Below are positions 1 to 11,575 of a stretch of 64,000 bases of DNA, piece after piece. Both the position numbers and the translations under genes were made by a program. Under the pieces are notes generated by a model. That model did not search any database and was not told the DNA's origin. It saw only the letters and a list, made by a program, of their open reading frames with translations. Where the stretch lies: assembly GCA_047495785.1 (NCBI GenBank), contig JBLDXI010000019.1:2356001-2420000 (forward strand), in the 5' to 3' direction. The stretch comes from Lepidodermella squamata. Its lineage: Eukaryota; Animalia; Gastrotricha. Positions within the stretch are counted from its first letter, which is position 1; the number at the start of each line of letters is the position of its first letter.

Positions 1-823
1 AGGGAAAGGTCTGGAAAATCAGCCGCTTTATTGCCTTTAATTGATCAATCTAAATGGAATTTTAGTCCTTTTGTATATTTAGGGTCATGTATGATTTTCC
101 GAAAGTTGCTTACAGGACAAATTTAGGATTCTCCCTAGGAATTAGCCTTTATCTTAATGAAATATCCACTTTTCAAATTTATTTAAGTTTTCAGAATAAT
201 TCATGCCGAACTCAATTCCCCTGTTTCGGAATTTGATCTAAGAATGGACAAAAGCCTCAAAATATGCTGAAAAATTACGAACATTTTCGAAGCTCGTGAC
301 CAAGTAGGGCTTTCGATTTGTTTGAATTAATAATAACGCTTTTTAACAGAGAATGTCACTGAATCCAACGTAAATTATTGGATTTTTTATGGCGGATATT
401 TGAAAAAACCAAAGAATCAATATTTATCTCGAATTTTTTGAATTTGTTCTAAAGAATTTTGGAAGTATTGGCGTTACACCTAATTTTTTTTATCTTTCTA
501 CTAAATGAGGTGGAATTCAAGAAAAATCCAGCTCTTGTCTTGATTGGAGCCAGAGCATTCGATAATAAATGATAAATTAAAATCCCTTAACAAATTGAAT
601 AAAAATTTCAACTATTTTGGAAATATTCTTCAATGAAGAGTGGTGTCATTTTAGCAAAATTGAGAATATACCTATCGAGCTATCAAATTAAAAACATATG
701 AAAAAAACCAAAATGAGATGAAGTTTCGGAATTTTCGTAATTTGATTGATCGCATGTCGCATGTCGGAATCGATCGTAATTTGACTGTTATCACTTGCTA
801 ACGTCTGCTAATGCTTTCTGTAG

Positions 824-2340
824 ATTTTCATCATGGCGGCTCGAAAGAGGAAAAAGTCGAAGACCTCGAATTATCTGCTGTCCGTCGACGCGACCGACCT
901 GTCTCGGGGCGGCGATTCTTTCACGGGCAAAGTGCGCTCAAACCTTCTCGGAACCCAGTTCACAATTTTCGACGCCGGGCGGTCGCCGAAAGCGTCGTCG
1001 GTGATATCGGAGGACAACCTGCGCTCGGAGCTGGCCGGCGTTGTCTACGAGACGAACCTACTCGGCCTGAAAGGCCCTCGTAAAATGACCGTTATCATAC
1101 CGGCGATGACGACAACGGGCGAGCGCATCGAATTTCGGCCGTTGTCCGAGCACGACGGCATCATCGAGCGGTGGAAGAAGAAGAATATGGAGAATCTACT
1201 CGAGTTGCACAACAAATCACCGGTTTGGAACGACGACACGCAGTCGTACGTTCTCAATTTCCACGGTCGCGTCACTCAGGCCTCGGTGAAAAATTTTCAA
1301 ATCGTCCACGACAACGACGGTAAGCCGCTTTATTCATTTCCAAAATCAAGCCTAATGTCGAATTTTATCTTGTAAAATCATTTTTCGAAATTTCCAAAAA
1401 TTATTTTTTGTTGTAATTTATATAAAATTTATCTCAGAAAATTCTGCTTATTTTTTTAGACAACTTTTGTTTTACCAATCGCATTGCGAATATTCACCCA
1501 TATGGGTGCTTCAAGGTCACATACTAGATGGGGTAAAAGTTTACAAAATTTTCAGAAACTTCAAATTTTCGAACACTTCTCCTTGATTTTACCCAACTTG
1601 TTCTGTTCGAGAAACGACAGGTAGCCTCAGGATTTCAATGAAAATTAAATTAAGAATTAAGTTTTATGATAATTAATTTTAATTATTGGAAGAGAAATCG
1701 AATTTATAGAATTAATATTACGAAACATGGGCCATGGGCTCCTGGTCTAGATTTTCCAAAATTCAGGTCCACTTATTACCTAGAATCTGAATATTTATGT
1801 TATCACGCCTAGCAAATATATTTTATTAATAATTTTACCTATGAGTTTTTCTGGTATCGATTATCGATTTTACAAATGAGTGATTTTCTAATATCAGCAG
1901 TCTGGGAAGCCAACGTAAAACTTCTCCTACGTACCTTAGGTTACCAGGTGACTAAATTGACTAAATTCTTAGCGCTGTAGAGAACATCATTTTCGATGAA
2001 GAAAAGGAAAAATTCAAAATCACTCATTTGTATTAAAATTCAAAATTGAGGGCTGGAACCTCAATTTTATCCTTGGTAATTAAGAACCATTTTTGACATT
2101 CATTTACCTAGAAAATAGTATTTTAATTCTTGAATTTGTTATCTTTGGGCTTGAATTCAAATAAAAATTACTTGAATTGTAATGAAATTTTTGAATTTTT
2201 TTGCAGTCGACTACATTGTGCTGCAATTCGGACGCGTTGCTGAGGACATTTTCACGATGGACTACGCGTATCCGATGTGCGCCCTCCAAGCCTTCGGCAT
2301 CGTTCTCACATCCTTCGACAACAAGCTGGCGTGTGAGTAG
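824..2340 (+). CDS. tub: Tubby-family protein, last two exons (824-1319, 2207-2340); 5' part lies outside the window
   Basis: Tubby domain motifs [34 protein letters not shown] and [19 protein letters not shown] phase-1 GT-AG intron (1320-2206) joins to [44 protein letters not shown], the canonical KLACE terminus. Confidence 0.97.
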
Positions 2341-3972
2341 CTATCGACAAGCGTTCGCAATCGATTTCTTACCCACTTCCTACGTTGTGCAACACCTGCA
2401 AATTTCGAATCTACTACTACTACTACAATGATGATAATATAATTTTTCACATGCCATTTGCGCACCGCAAATTGTTGTCGATTTTTTTTTCAATATTTCT
2501 GGCGTTGAAGAAATACCTTTTTTGAAGCTGACTGAAATTTGAAATTTTTGAACTGGTTGGGGAAAATCTCGTCTGTCTACTCGTGTTCCGCGCTCTCTCA
2601 AATTTCGAACTCCTTGCGATATTAATTGTTCTATAGTAGTATTGATTTTAAAGGCTAAAATTCGTAATATTTTTCTTGTTTTGTTTTATTGTTTTTTCTA
2701 AACAATTTTCCTTAATTAATTTCGTTGTTGTTTAGTTTAATCAATCGATCTGCTTATTTCCTGTTCTGGTTGTTTCTCGTTCAAAAAAATAACAATTTTA
2801 GTCCCTCTCTAAATCTCAAAAGCAGGAAAGAAATTGTGATTTTAATGTCATTATATTTTATCGATAATTTTATTCGCACTGCCTTTTGTCTGTTGGGTAG
2901 CGTATATAGGACTGCAAAATACCTATAGGAAGCAAAACTTTGAGAATGGACCAATATTTGCATGTTTGCATGTTCAATTTTTTTCCTGCTGATTAAAATC
3001 GATGATTTGAAATGCAAAATTTTATTCAGCACAATTTTTTTTGTTCGGAAAAATAATTGGCGAAAAATAATGATGTCAAGTTTTGCTGCGCTTTCTACAA
3101 CTGCTAAAAATGAAATATAGTGAATAAAAAACACACTCGCTCCTCGACAAATTGGCACGTTATAAGACTGCAAAACCTCATAATCGAACGTTCTCTTGAA
3201 TCGTGGGAGAAATTAAAAAATGGTTATACACGAAAATTAATATATGGAAGAAAAAAATATATAATCTGATTTTTACAATCAATCTCACTGTGATCTCGTG
3301 TAGATATAAAACTAATCATAAATATATTGAACTACGTAAATAAATTATCTTATTTATAATCACGGTTGGGTTTCTTGTCCTTTTTCTATTGTCAATCGCA
3401 CTGAAATCTGGCGGTAAAATTTGAAGACGAAAAAACATATTTTTCACCGATCAAGCATTTTTCGTGCCGTTTTTTTCTTGTTTCGCTGTTTTTTTCTCTC
3501 TCAATAATTCTTTCTGAACTGCGCAAAAATTCAACACCCTAATTGAGTTTCGTTCGAACAAAAAAGCACGGTCAAGTTGTTTCTTTTTTTTCACTTGATG
3601 ATAAAAAATTACCACGTGTTGTGACGAGAATTCATGGATAATTCTCGACTTTTTTCCATACTCGTTGTTGTTGTTGATTGATGAACGGCTTTTTGAAGCA
3701 ATTCGCCGTAAATTTTTCTTCGGTCAATTTTATTTTCTAATTTAATTCTGGAAAGATGCGTGTTGAGTTTTGAAATGAAAAAATGACGGCTCGGAAAAAA
3801 TTGTTGAAAATCAGCTAATTTATATGGCGAAAAATGTTGTGGCCTTGTTGTGGTGATGATCAAGATCAAGAGTTGTTACAAGTTTGATTTTTGCTCTCTC
3901 TCTCTATCTCTATCTCGGCCGTATTAACCTAATTCATGCATTTTAATATTGTTAATAATGTTATTATTAGTT

Positions 3973-3996
3973 ATGATGATGATGATGATGATGATG
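3973..3996 (+). repeat. (ATG/GAT)n microsatellite
   Basis: Directly visible run of GAT units. Confidence 0.9.
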
Positions 3997-5398
3997 TAAA
4001 AATCGTTGATTGAGAAAGAATTTGTCGAACGAAGCGATTATTGCTGATTTAAGATGCAGAGTTGACAATGAGTAAAAAATGTTTTATTTGCGATGAAATT
4101 CCGTCTTTTTTCTTGAAGGGATACCTAAGACTGTGACTAATTTTCCCGAAGTTTGCCAAGTGCATACCCTTAATTTAGGGTTCCAGCACTTTCAAACAGG
4201 ACTTCTCAATTCTAGGTTGCTACCCCCGTAGGTTTCGCGAACCTTTTTTCTGTGGGTCGCCGAGTCAGCTGGGTGTTGTGAGGGTTGCATGCTGATTTTC
4301 ATAGAATTGGTTCATTTCTGTCCACTCTTTTAGATAAAATCGGCAAAAATAGCGTTAGCTATAGCTCGCCTCGTCCCACGTTATTTGGCTATAGCTGGAG
4401 GAAAATACTGTTAAGAGCCATGTTCATGGAAAACTCCAAGAAAGTATAGGAAACATGGAAATTAATGCAAATAGGGTATTATAATATCCTAGCTCGGGCG
4501 CAGAATTTATTTCCTACACTGAAAAATGATAACAAATAAAAAAGTTGGCAATGTTTAGAGAGCGCTGTCTTAATTTAATCATTTTCCTAACCGATAATCT
4601 CATCATCACGAGCTTTGAGCTCTTTGAGCTTTGAGCGCTCATTTACGAGTTAAGCAAAGCGGATATCTATTAAAGAAATCAGTGATTTTTCCGATTTCAG
4701 CAATCCAGGAAAACAAGGCGAGCCAAGATGAAAAGGTTTCCAACATTCCTCTAGATAGGTAAAAGACGAAACCGCAAATAGCTATTGGAAAATTATGTCA
4801 AGTGTTCCCCATCTTCAGACCTATCCAAGATTCCTACACCATCATTCAATGTTGGTAAACCTCACCGAAATGCCTGCGGTTTCGGTTTCGGATAATGATC
4901 GAGCTTAACTTTCCACTTTCCAGCAAGATTTCTAGTAAAAAAATCAGCATTTTCTAGCAGTGATTATTGAAAAGGATGAACTTCTGATTCCGGATTCCAG
5001 AAGACAGTCAATTGCAAAAGGCATATCTATCAAGGTAACAGCAACAAAGAAATAGAAGTCAACGTCATTTGTGTTTTATTGTTATTTGTTCTTTTCCAAG
5101 CATGGATTATTCGTTAATTTTACGCCCAAATAATTTGGGTTCTAGTTTTATGCGCATTTTGCGAATTTAATCATCATTTATATTATGGCTGATAGAATGA
5201 TAAGATTACCATAAAAAGTTCCGATTTCGCATTTTAGTAATTTCAGAAAACTTAGTTACTAAAAGGTCGAAATTCCGCTTTTGAAAATTGAACTTTTGAA
5301 ACTGAAAATTCCCCAAGCTCGAAATCGGAACTTTTTACTCTCAAGATAAAATCAGGATTTAATAGAACTTTTATGAAAATGTTTTACGAAAAATATTA

Positions 5399-8300
5399 TT
5401 AAACAACAAAAATAAGTTCAGCACCGTGGACATCAATTAGCACACTGTCATTAGTCACCGTTGAACCAGAATCACTCGGAACTTCAGCCAACACTTCATG
5501 GCCCGGGTAGGCGTGGCCACAGCCTGGTGAATCACTGGTTTCGCTAATCGAACTAAATTCGGTGATAACCGTATTAGACGAACTGCCCCGTTGAACGAAA
5601 CTTCGAGCTCGATCCGGAGCTTTTTGATAACTTCTAGGCCTAAATTGCGCCGGCTGTATTTCGCCGCCGCCGAGGGAGACTTTAGTCGGTGAAATCGCAT
5701 AAATCGACCCGCAGTCGTCGCAGTCGAGAATTATCGGCTCTGAAATTGTTCGATTTCGGCTCGGGGCTTGGCTGGATAGCCGCGATCGAATGGCTTCTCG
5801 CGTTGTAGCCACCCTGCGAACAGTTGCGGCTGACCGGGTCGGTCTGCGATGGTTTCGATGCGTAGCTAGCGTGCCTAAAACTGGGAAGTCACTTGACGAT
5901 GTGCCTCTTGAACTTCGCGGCTCGTCTAGGCTGCATCTTGGCTCGAGTCGCCACAACCGCCTGTGAATGTCCTTAGCCATGCGAGCCAGCGATTTGAACG
6001 GGTTTTGCAGCCGAAAGCCGTAAATCGCCGGGATTAAAAACGTGTTGAGTGAGTGAATGACGTGTAATATCTGAAATATTCATAATTTAAAAATTAAAAA
6101 AAAATTAAATATTTTTTAAATTATGGAATAATTGTCCCAAATTAATCAGAAAAGGTCCAGAATGAGAGTTCCAGAAAAATTACGTCCAACCGGGTAAAAT
6201 ACCGATAATTACCGAAAAAATTACCATCGGGTTTTTCCGGGTAAATTTTCCTATAAATTGAAAATTTCATCAACTTTTTGAAAATTGAAAAATTACTGTA
6301 CTAATGGGACATCCTGTAAAATTTTGGGAAATTCCGAAAATTAATTAAAATTTATTGAAATTAAAAAAACTTCGAAATTTATTAAATTACCTGAAATGCT
6401 AACAAATTGCTTTCGAGATCCATGCCAGCAGGATTAGTTAAAAGTTCAATCGACAGAGCGACCCGGTATAGCTTGTAGGGTGCCCAGAGCACGAGCGAAA
6501 ATATGACGATTGACATCGTGAAGAAGAAGCTTTTGCGCGTCAACTGCGCCAGCGTTGCGGCTTGCAGGGTCGCGGAAGAGCGGCGAAGATTCGGATCTGG
6601 CGTTACTGTTGTTCGAACTTGAAGATAGATGCGGAACTGTAGGAAAACGGCTAGAATTGCCGTGATTATCATAACCCCGGCTATGGTTATCTCGGTGACC
6701 AGGTTGATGGTGATAATGGCTGGCATGCCGTTCTCGCGGGATATCCAAGCTTGGAGGCAGTTGATGAGGGTCCATATGAAGATGATGATGAGCCAGGATA
6801 CTACAACAACGAGAACGCCCAGGCGAGAACTACGGCCGAACAGGGCCATATAGCGTAATGGCCTCTTGATGGCAATATACGTGTCCACGCCTAATGCAAC
6901 CTGGGCGAAAAAATTAAAGTTGGAAAAATTATAATGATTACACTATTTCAATGACGAATAATCGAAAATATGAAATAATAAAACAATTAGCAGCATTTTT
7001 TCTGGAATTTTCGAAACTAATTTCTACTTTAGTTACCAAAATTTCATTGAAAACTGAAAGCAGGTCAACAATAATAATCTTGCGTAGAAAAACGCAAATA
7101 ATGGCTAAATATATTTGGGAGAAAGCTATATAACCCTTTAGTTAGAGGAAAGTTCAAGGAAGCTTGGTCACCGTATGATTTTTCATTAGAGCTGCCTGTT
7201 TGTTGATTAACTTCGAAGTTCGAAGACTGCTGATATCGGAAAAATCACTGATTCGTAAAATCGATACTGGAAATCGATATCTAATCCGCAGGGTGAATTA
7301 TAGCTCGCAAACATACCACAAATAGCTCAGAACTCGCGTAATATTGAGATGTATCGGTTTGGCGGGATAACAAAACAATAGAGATTCAAAGACAGATGTG
7401 AAATTTGAAACGGCATATTTTGAGGAAACCTAGTTCTGAAGCCGCAAATTTAGAGCCTGAACCCAACATTTATTGGTACTTCGCACAGCCATGAAACATA
7501 TTGGGAACCAAAACCCTTATTGGGGGGCCTCAAAATCAATCAATAAGCTTTGATTTATAGGTGAATCACCAGTCCTCACTTCGGACACGAAAGTCATTCG
7601 TCACGATGACCTTTGACCTCCGATCCCTTTTTATTACAGATTTAAGGCAAATTCTTAGAATTTTCTATCAAGGTGAAAAAGGTCGTAATTTTCTTTCAAT
7701 TTTGAGATTACTTTTGAAGCTAAAAGTTACAATTTTTCATTAATTTCAGGTAATCCATATTTCCCATCTTGAATTTTTTATCAATTGTTTTCGAAATTTT
7801 GGCTTATTTTTCTTTAATTTTCTTTCCGGTAGGTCATAAGCTTTCGAATGTCAAATTTTCATCTGCTTACCATCATGACCACTGTGAGGGTAGAAGCCGA
7901 CTGTAGGATTATCGCCGGCGCCACAATCGCATAAGACACCGGGTCCTCAGGGTCGATAATCGCCAAAATGTCCTCTCTATAGACCTCCCACAGCGACGCC
8001 AAAATCTCCGTCACGCAAAAGTTGATAAACAAAACATGCCGCGATCGAACCGCCAGTTTCAAGTGGTACAGCAGGGTGGCTACAACCGTAATATTGATAA
8101 TAATACTCAGCAACGCAAAGGCCGGTATAATTCTCGAATAAACAGCCCCTGATGATCGGAGGCAAGTTACTAGCATGACATAAACGCTATAAGCCGTCAA
8201 TTCAGGATCTTCCGTTGAATTTCGACTCGACTGGTGAATTTCAGTGAGCAATTCGTTAAACCAGCCATGCTCGTGACTCGAGTCGTGGTTGTGAAGATCG

Positions 8301-8446
8301 TAATACTGCCACCAATAATTCGAGTCATTCCTCGTTAAATTCAGCCCGTAAAACAGCTCGCCATCGGCTGTTTCCGGCGTGTTTTTGAACTCGTCGCACG
8401 TTTTTAAGCAGTTTAAGGCGGATTTATTGAAATTTTTCGAAAATGA
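5399..8446 (-). CDS. Orphan class A (rhodopsin-type) GPCR; exons ~8446-7871, 6900-6391, 6070-5399; start codon uncertain
   Basis: Seven hydrophobic segments across three exons joined by phase-0 GT-AG introns. TM3 ends VALGVDTYIAIKRPLRY (DRY-like), TM6 is LVLWAPY and TM7 is SLNTFLIPAIYGFR (NPxxY-like). Long Ser/Arg-rich C-terminal tail. Confidence 0.88.
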
Positions 8447-10400
8447 TTACAAGGCACGTGAATGGCTGACGTGTTTTGTTGTGTCCGTTGAACAAAAAAT
8501 TGAGCTATTTTTCGCGTCTTATCGTGTAAACATTCCGCCTTAATTGCGTTTTTATATCGTCACGCGCGAGTGGTTTCCCGGCTACTTTTTCTCACGGCCC
8601 GAAGATGATTTGGCGCGCACTCTCGAGTTATAAAAACAACATATCGCGTGCCTCACCTGCTGGGCACCTCTATACTGTACTAATTGCTCTCGATCGCGTG
8701 AGAGGTGTCAAGATGGGCGACAACGCTAATGCACCCATTACGCACCCTTGTACTATAACGGCTGAAAATGTGTTCACGTGATGATTATGATTGTACGAGA
8801 TCAAATTGAGATCAAAATTCGATTTTCCACTCGATTTGGCCGTCAGCCAAAATTTGGCGCGAGCAAACACGCGCCCAGACACAAAGAAAACGGAAGCGCG
8901 TACGCCTTTTCAACCGATTTTCATGCGTAAACAAAACGGCACCTTTTGTCTATCTCTCTTGTGTTATTTCAATCTGTAAAGCGGGTTTGGATTATACCGA
9001 TATATTTTCAGTGTCAAACGGTGTCAACAGGCGCCGACAAGGTTATTACGCAACGGGTGGTCGTCCGGCGGCCGGCCGCCAATTTGCTGCGCAAATACTT
9101 GACCCAATAGAGTAACATCATAACAACAATAAAATTGCGCGTGTTTAACGTAAATATTTACGCTGGTAGTACCCGAAATATTGTTCCTTACGTAAGTATC
9201 ATGGCAGATGATTTTTCGCTGATTTATTCACAGGTTATACGACGGGTGACCTATCTCGTGCGCTGGGTGTCATCGATAGCAATTAATCGCCACGTGTGCA
9301 AATAAAAGTGTAATAAAAATCGGATTTTTGGGTGGGATCTCCACTTAATTAAGTATGTTTATCCTGTGGTATATATCTGTATATGTAACAACAAATAATA
9401 ATGACAGTAATGACAATAAACAAGTAGCTGTATCACCTCAGGGCGACTCGTCGTTCATTAGATTAGTCTCGGGAATTTTGCAAGCTTGGCATGCGCCTCG
9501 TGTCGTCTTAAAATTGAGCGTGTTGCGCAACGGCGTGTGCGCGCAAGACGTTTTATTATACTGACGCGCACATCATATTGGCAATATACGTTCGATTTAA
9601 TCCGAATATTGCGTAGCCGCGCTCGATATAACCGATTGTTGATGGGCTCGATTTTTAATAACAAAGATAAGGCGCTTAAAAAGCTGAGCGGATTATCGAG
9701 AAGTGCCATCCACCTTAACGAGGCCCTCGGGGCAATTATACGTGTAACCGATGGAGGAAGTCAAAATCGTTACAAGGATAAACTCGAAAATTCAAGAATC
9801 AGAAAAATTATCGCATAGATTTTCCAATTTATCATGCTTATTTGAATGCTAAATCAGAATAGCTTTAAGCCGAATGCTGATTTTCGATTTTTCCTAATCA
9901 CGAAAAGTCATGATTTTTCAATTTCTGATAATTAATCATAGAATTCTCGGAAATTATAAAAATGCATTTCGTGGCAAATTAATTGCTCAAAATTTCGCGT
10001 ACAACGCAAATTAAAATCCTCCTTAATTCTCATGATGAATGATGACAGCTGAATTTTTAAATATTTTTCACGAATTTTCGACCGTAGACTCGGCGTTCTG
10101 GTTGGTAATCAAAGTTCTTCGTTGGAAAACTTGAAATCAGAAAATCGCAAAATTCGTTCAAAAGGCGTTAATCGATTTCAAATTGACGTTTTATTGATTA
10201 ATAATCAAATTAAATAATATCTGTGATATAATATATTAAAAGGTAAAAATGAAGCAGTTCCCAGGAAGCGCAACCAATAGTTATACACAGCGTAATATTA
10301 TTTACAAAAATGCACGGATTTTTTGGTTTCGCTAATAAAAATTGAAAGAATTTTCATTTCTCAAATAATTCTTTTTAGAGCAATCATATGTAGGTATTTT

Positions 10401-11326
10401 CTAGCGACAATAATTAGCAGTAGAATTGACAAGGCTTTGTTGCATTTGAAGGTAGTGTTGATTTTGCTGCCAGTAATAATTAGCGTTGTAGTAACTGGTG
10501 TTGGTACCATAGCCAACAGGAACGCCGTGGAAATTAACCGGCGAGCTAACAGTAGCCGGAGATGGGGAAGATTGAACGTAGTAATTTGAATAAAAAGTCG
10601 CGTTCGAAGTCGGAACCGGTTGGATGGGTGGAGAATACGCGCAGAAATTGTCGACAGTAGCCGCCGCGTTGACTTGACAACTCGGCGCCAAACTCGCGGT
10701 TTTCGGCGACGCGAAAGAACACGCTGGAGCCGGGTAATTCGGGTAAAAACTGGTTCCAACTTGGTTCCCAGCATCCGACGACGAACTGTTGTCTAAATTA
10801 TTGTCATCCGAGCCGGAAAATTGCGGATTTTCAGCGATCGGTGCCAAGTTGGTACCAGCGCCGCTGAGTTTCTGCCGTTTCGCGCCCGGTTCCACCAGAT
10901 CGACAATGGTAACTTGCGGGTAGTTTTGCGGGTTGTACCGGTCAACATCGCCGTCTTGGGTGAGCTGCGTTTGCAGCTGGCGGATGTAGAGAATAGCCGC
11001 GCGTAATGTATCCACCTTGCTCAGCCGTTTTGATGAGCTGGTCGACACCCGCTTGGTACCGTTCGGTCCCACTGCGGCCACGAATTGGCGCAAGCGCGAA
11101 AAACACGCGTTAACATGGCGAACTCGATTTCGCTCTCTGAAAAAATGAAAAACAATTTTAAATATGTTTGAATAAATCGAGAATTTTTTATTTAATAAAT
11201 CGAAGAAAATCTAGAAAATAATTACCTTTCATTGCGGCGGACCGTAGCGGGTGTCTGGGGCTTCCTACGGCGCCGGCCTAGCACGGGTGCTGGCTGGTTG
11301 GGTTCGACCTTGGGCAATGGAGACAT
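10401..11326 (-). CDS. ASCL: Achaete-scute family proneural bHLH transcription factor; exons 11326-11226 and 11136-10401
   Basis: The spliced bHLH reads RRNER|ERNRVRHVNACFSRLRQFV...KRLSKVDTLRAAILYIRQLQ, matching the achaete-scute consensus. There is an 89-nt GT-AG intron at 11225-11137 and a Pro/Ser/Tyr/Gln-rich C-terminus. Confidence 0.92.
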
Positions 11327-11404
11327 TTCAGTAGTCGGGAAGTAGTAATATCAGCGAAAATATCAAATCGAGATAAATCGTATATCGTGATTTTGCGAGA
11401 AGTG

Positions 11405-11575
11405 GCGCACGCGTGTCGCGTGTGCGCCCTGGGCGCTATGGGTGCGCGCACTCCTATTGGCTGGCGCGTTCGAGTGCGCGCTGATTGGGTTTCTCATGTT
11501 ATTGTTATTATTATTATTAGCAGTAGCTGACAATGTTGCGCAACACAATGTTTTATGCGTGTGTGTATATTGGCT
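11405..11575 (-). promoter_or_regulatory. Proximal promoter of the ASCL gene: overlapping CACGCG class-C (HES/Hairy) sites and CCAAT boxes
   Basis: gcacgcgtgtcgcgtg at 11407-11422 contains CACGCG on both strands and CACGCGAC on the minus strand. ATTGG (CCAAT on minus) occurs at ~11456, ~11484 and ~11569. Confidence 0.5.

Noticed and set aside
3609-3869. Minus-strand ORF ending at a donor-like site (MEKSRELSMNSRHNT|GT)
   Set aside because: I found no downstream exon or homology, and it would run antisense into the tubby 3' region.
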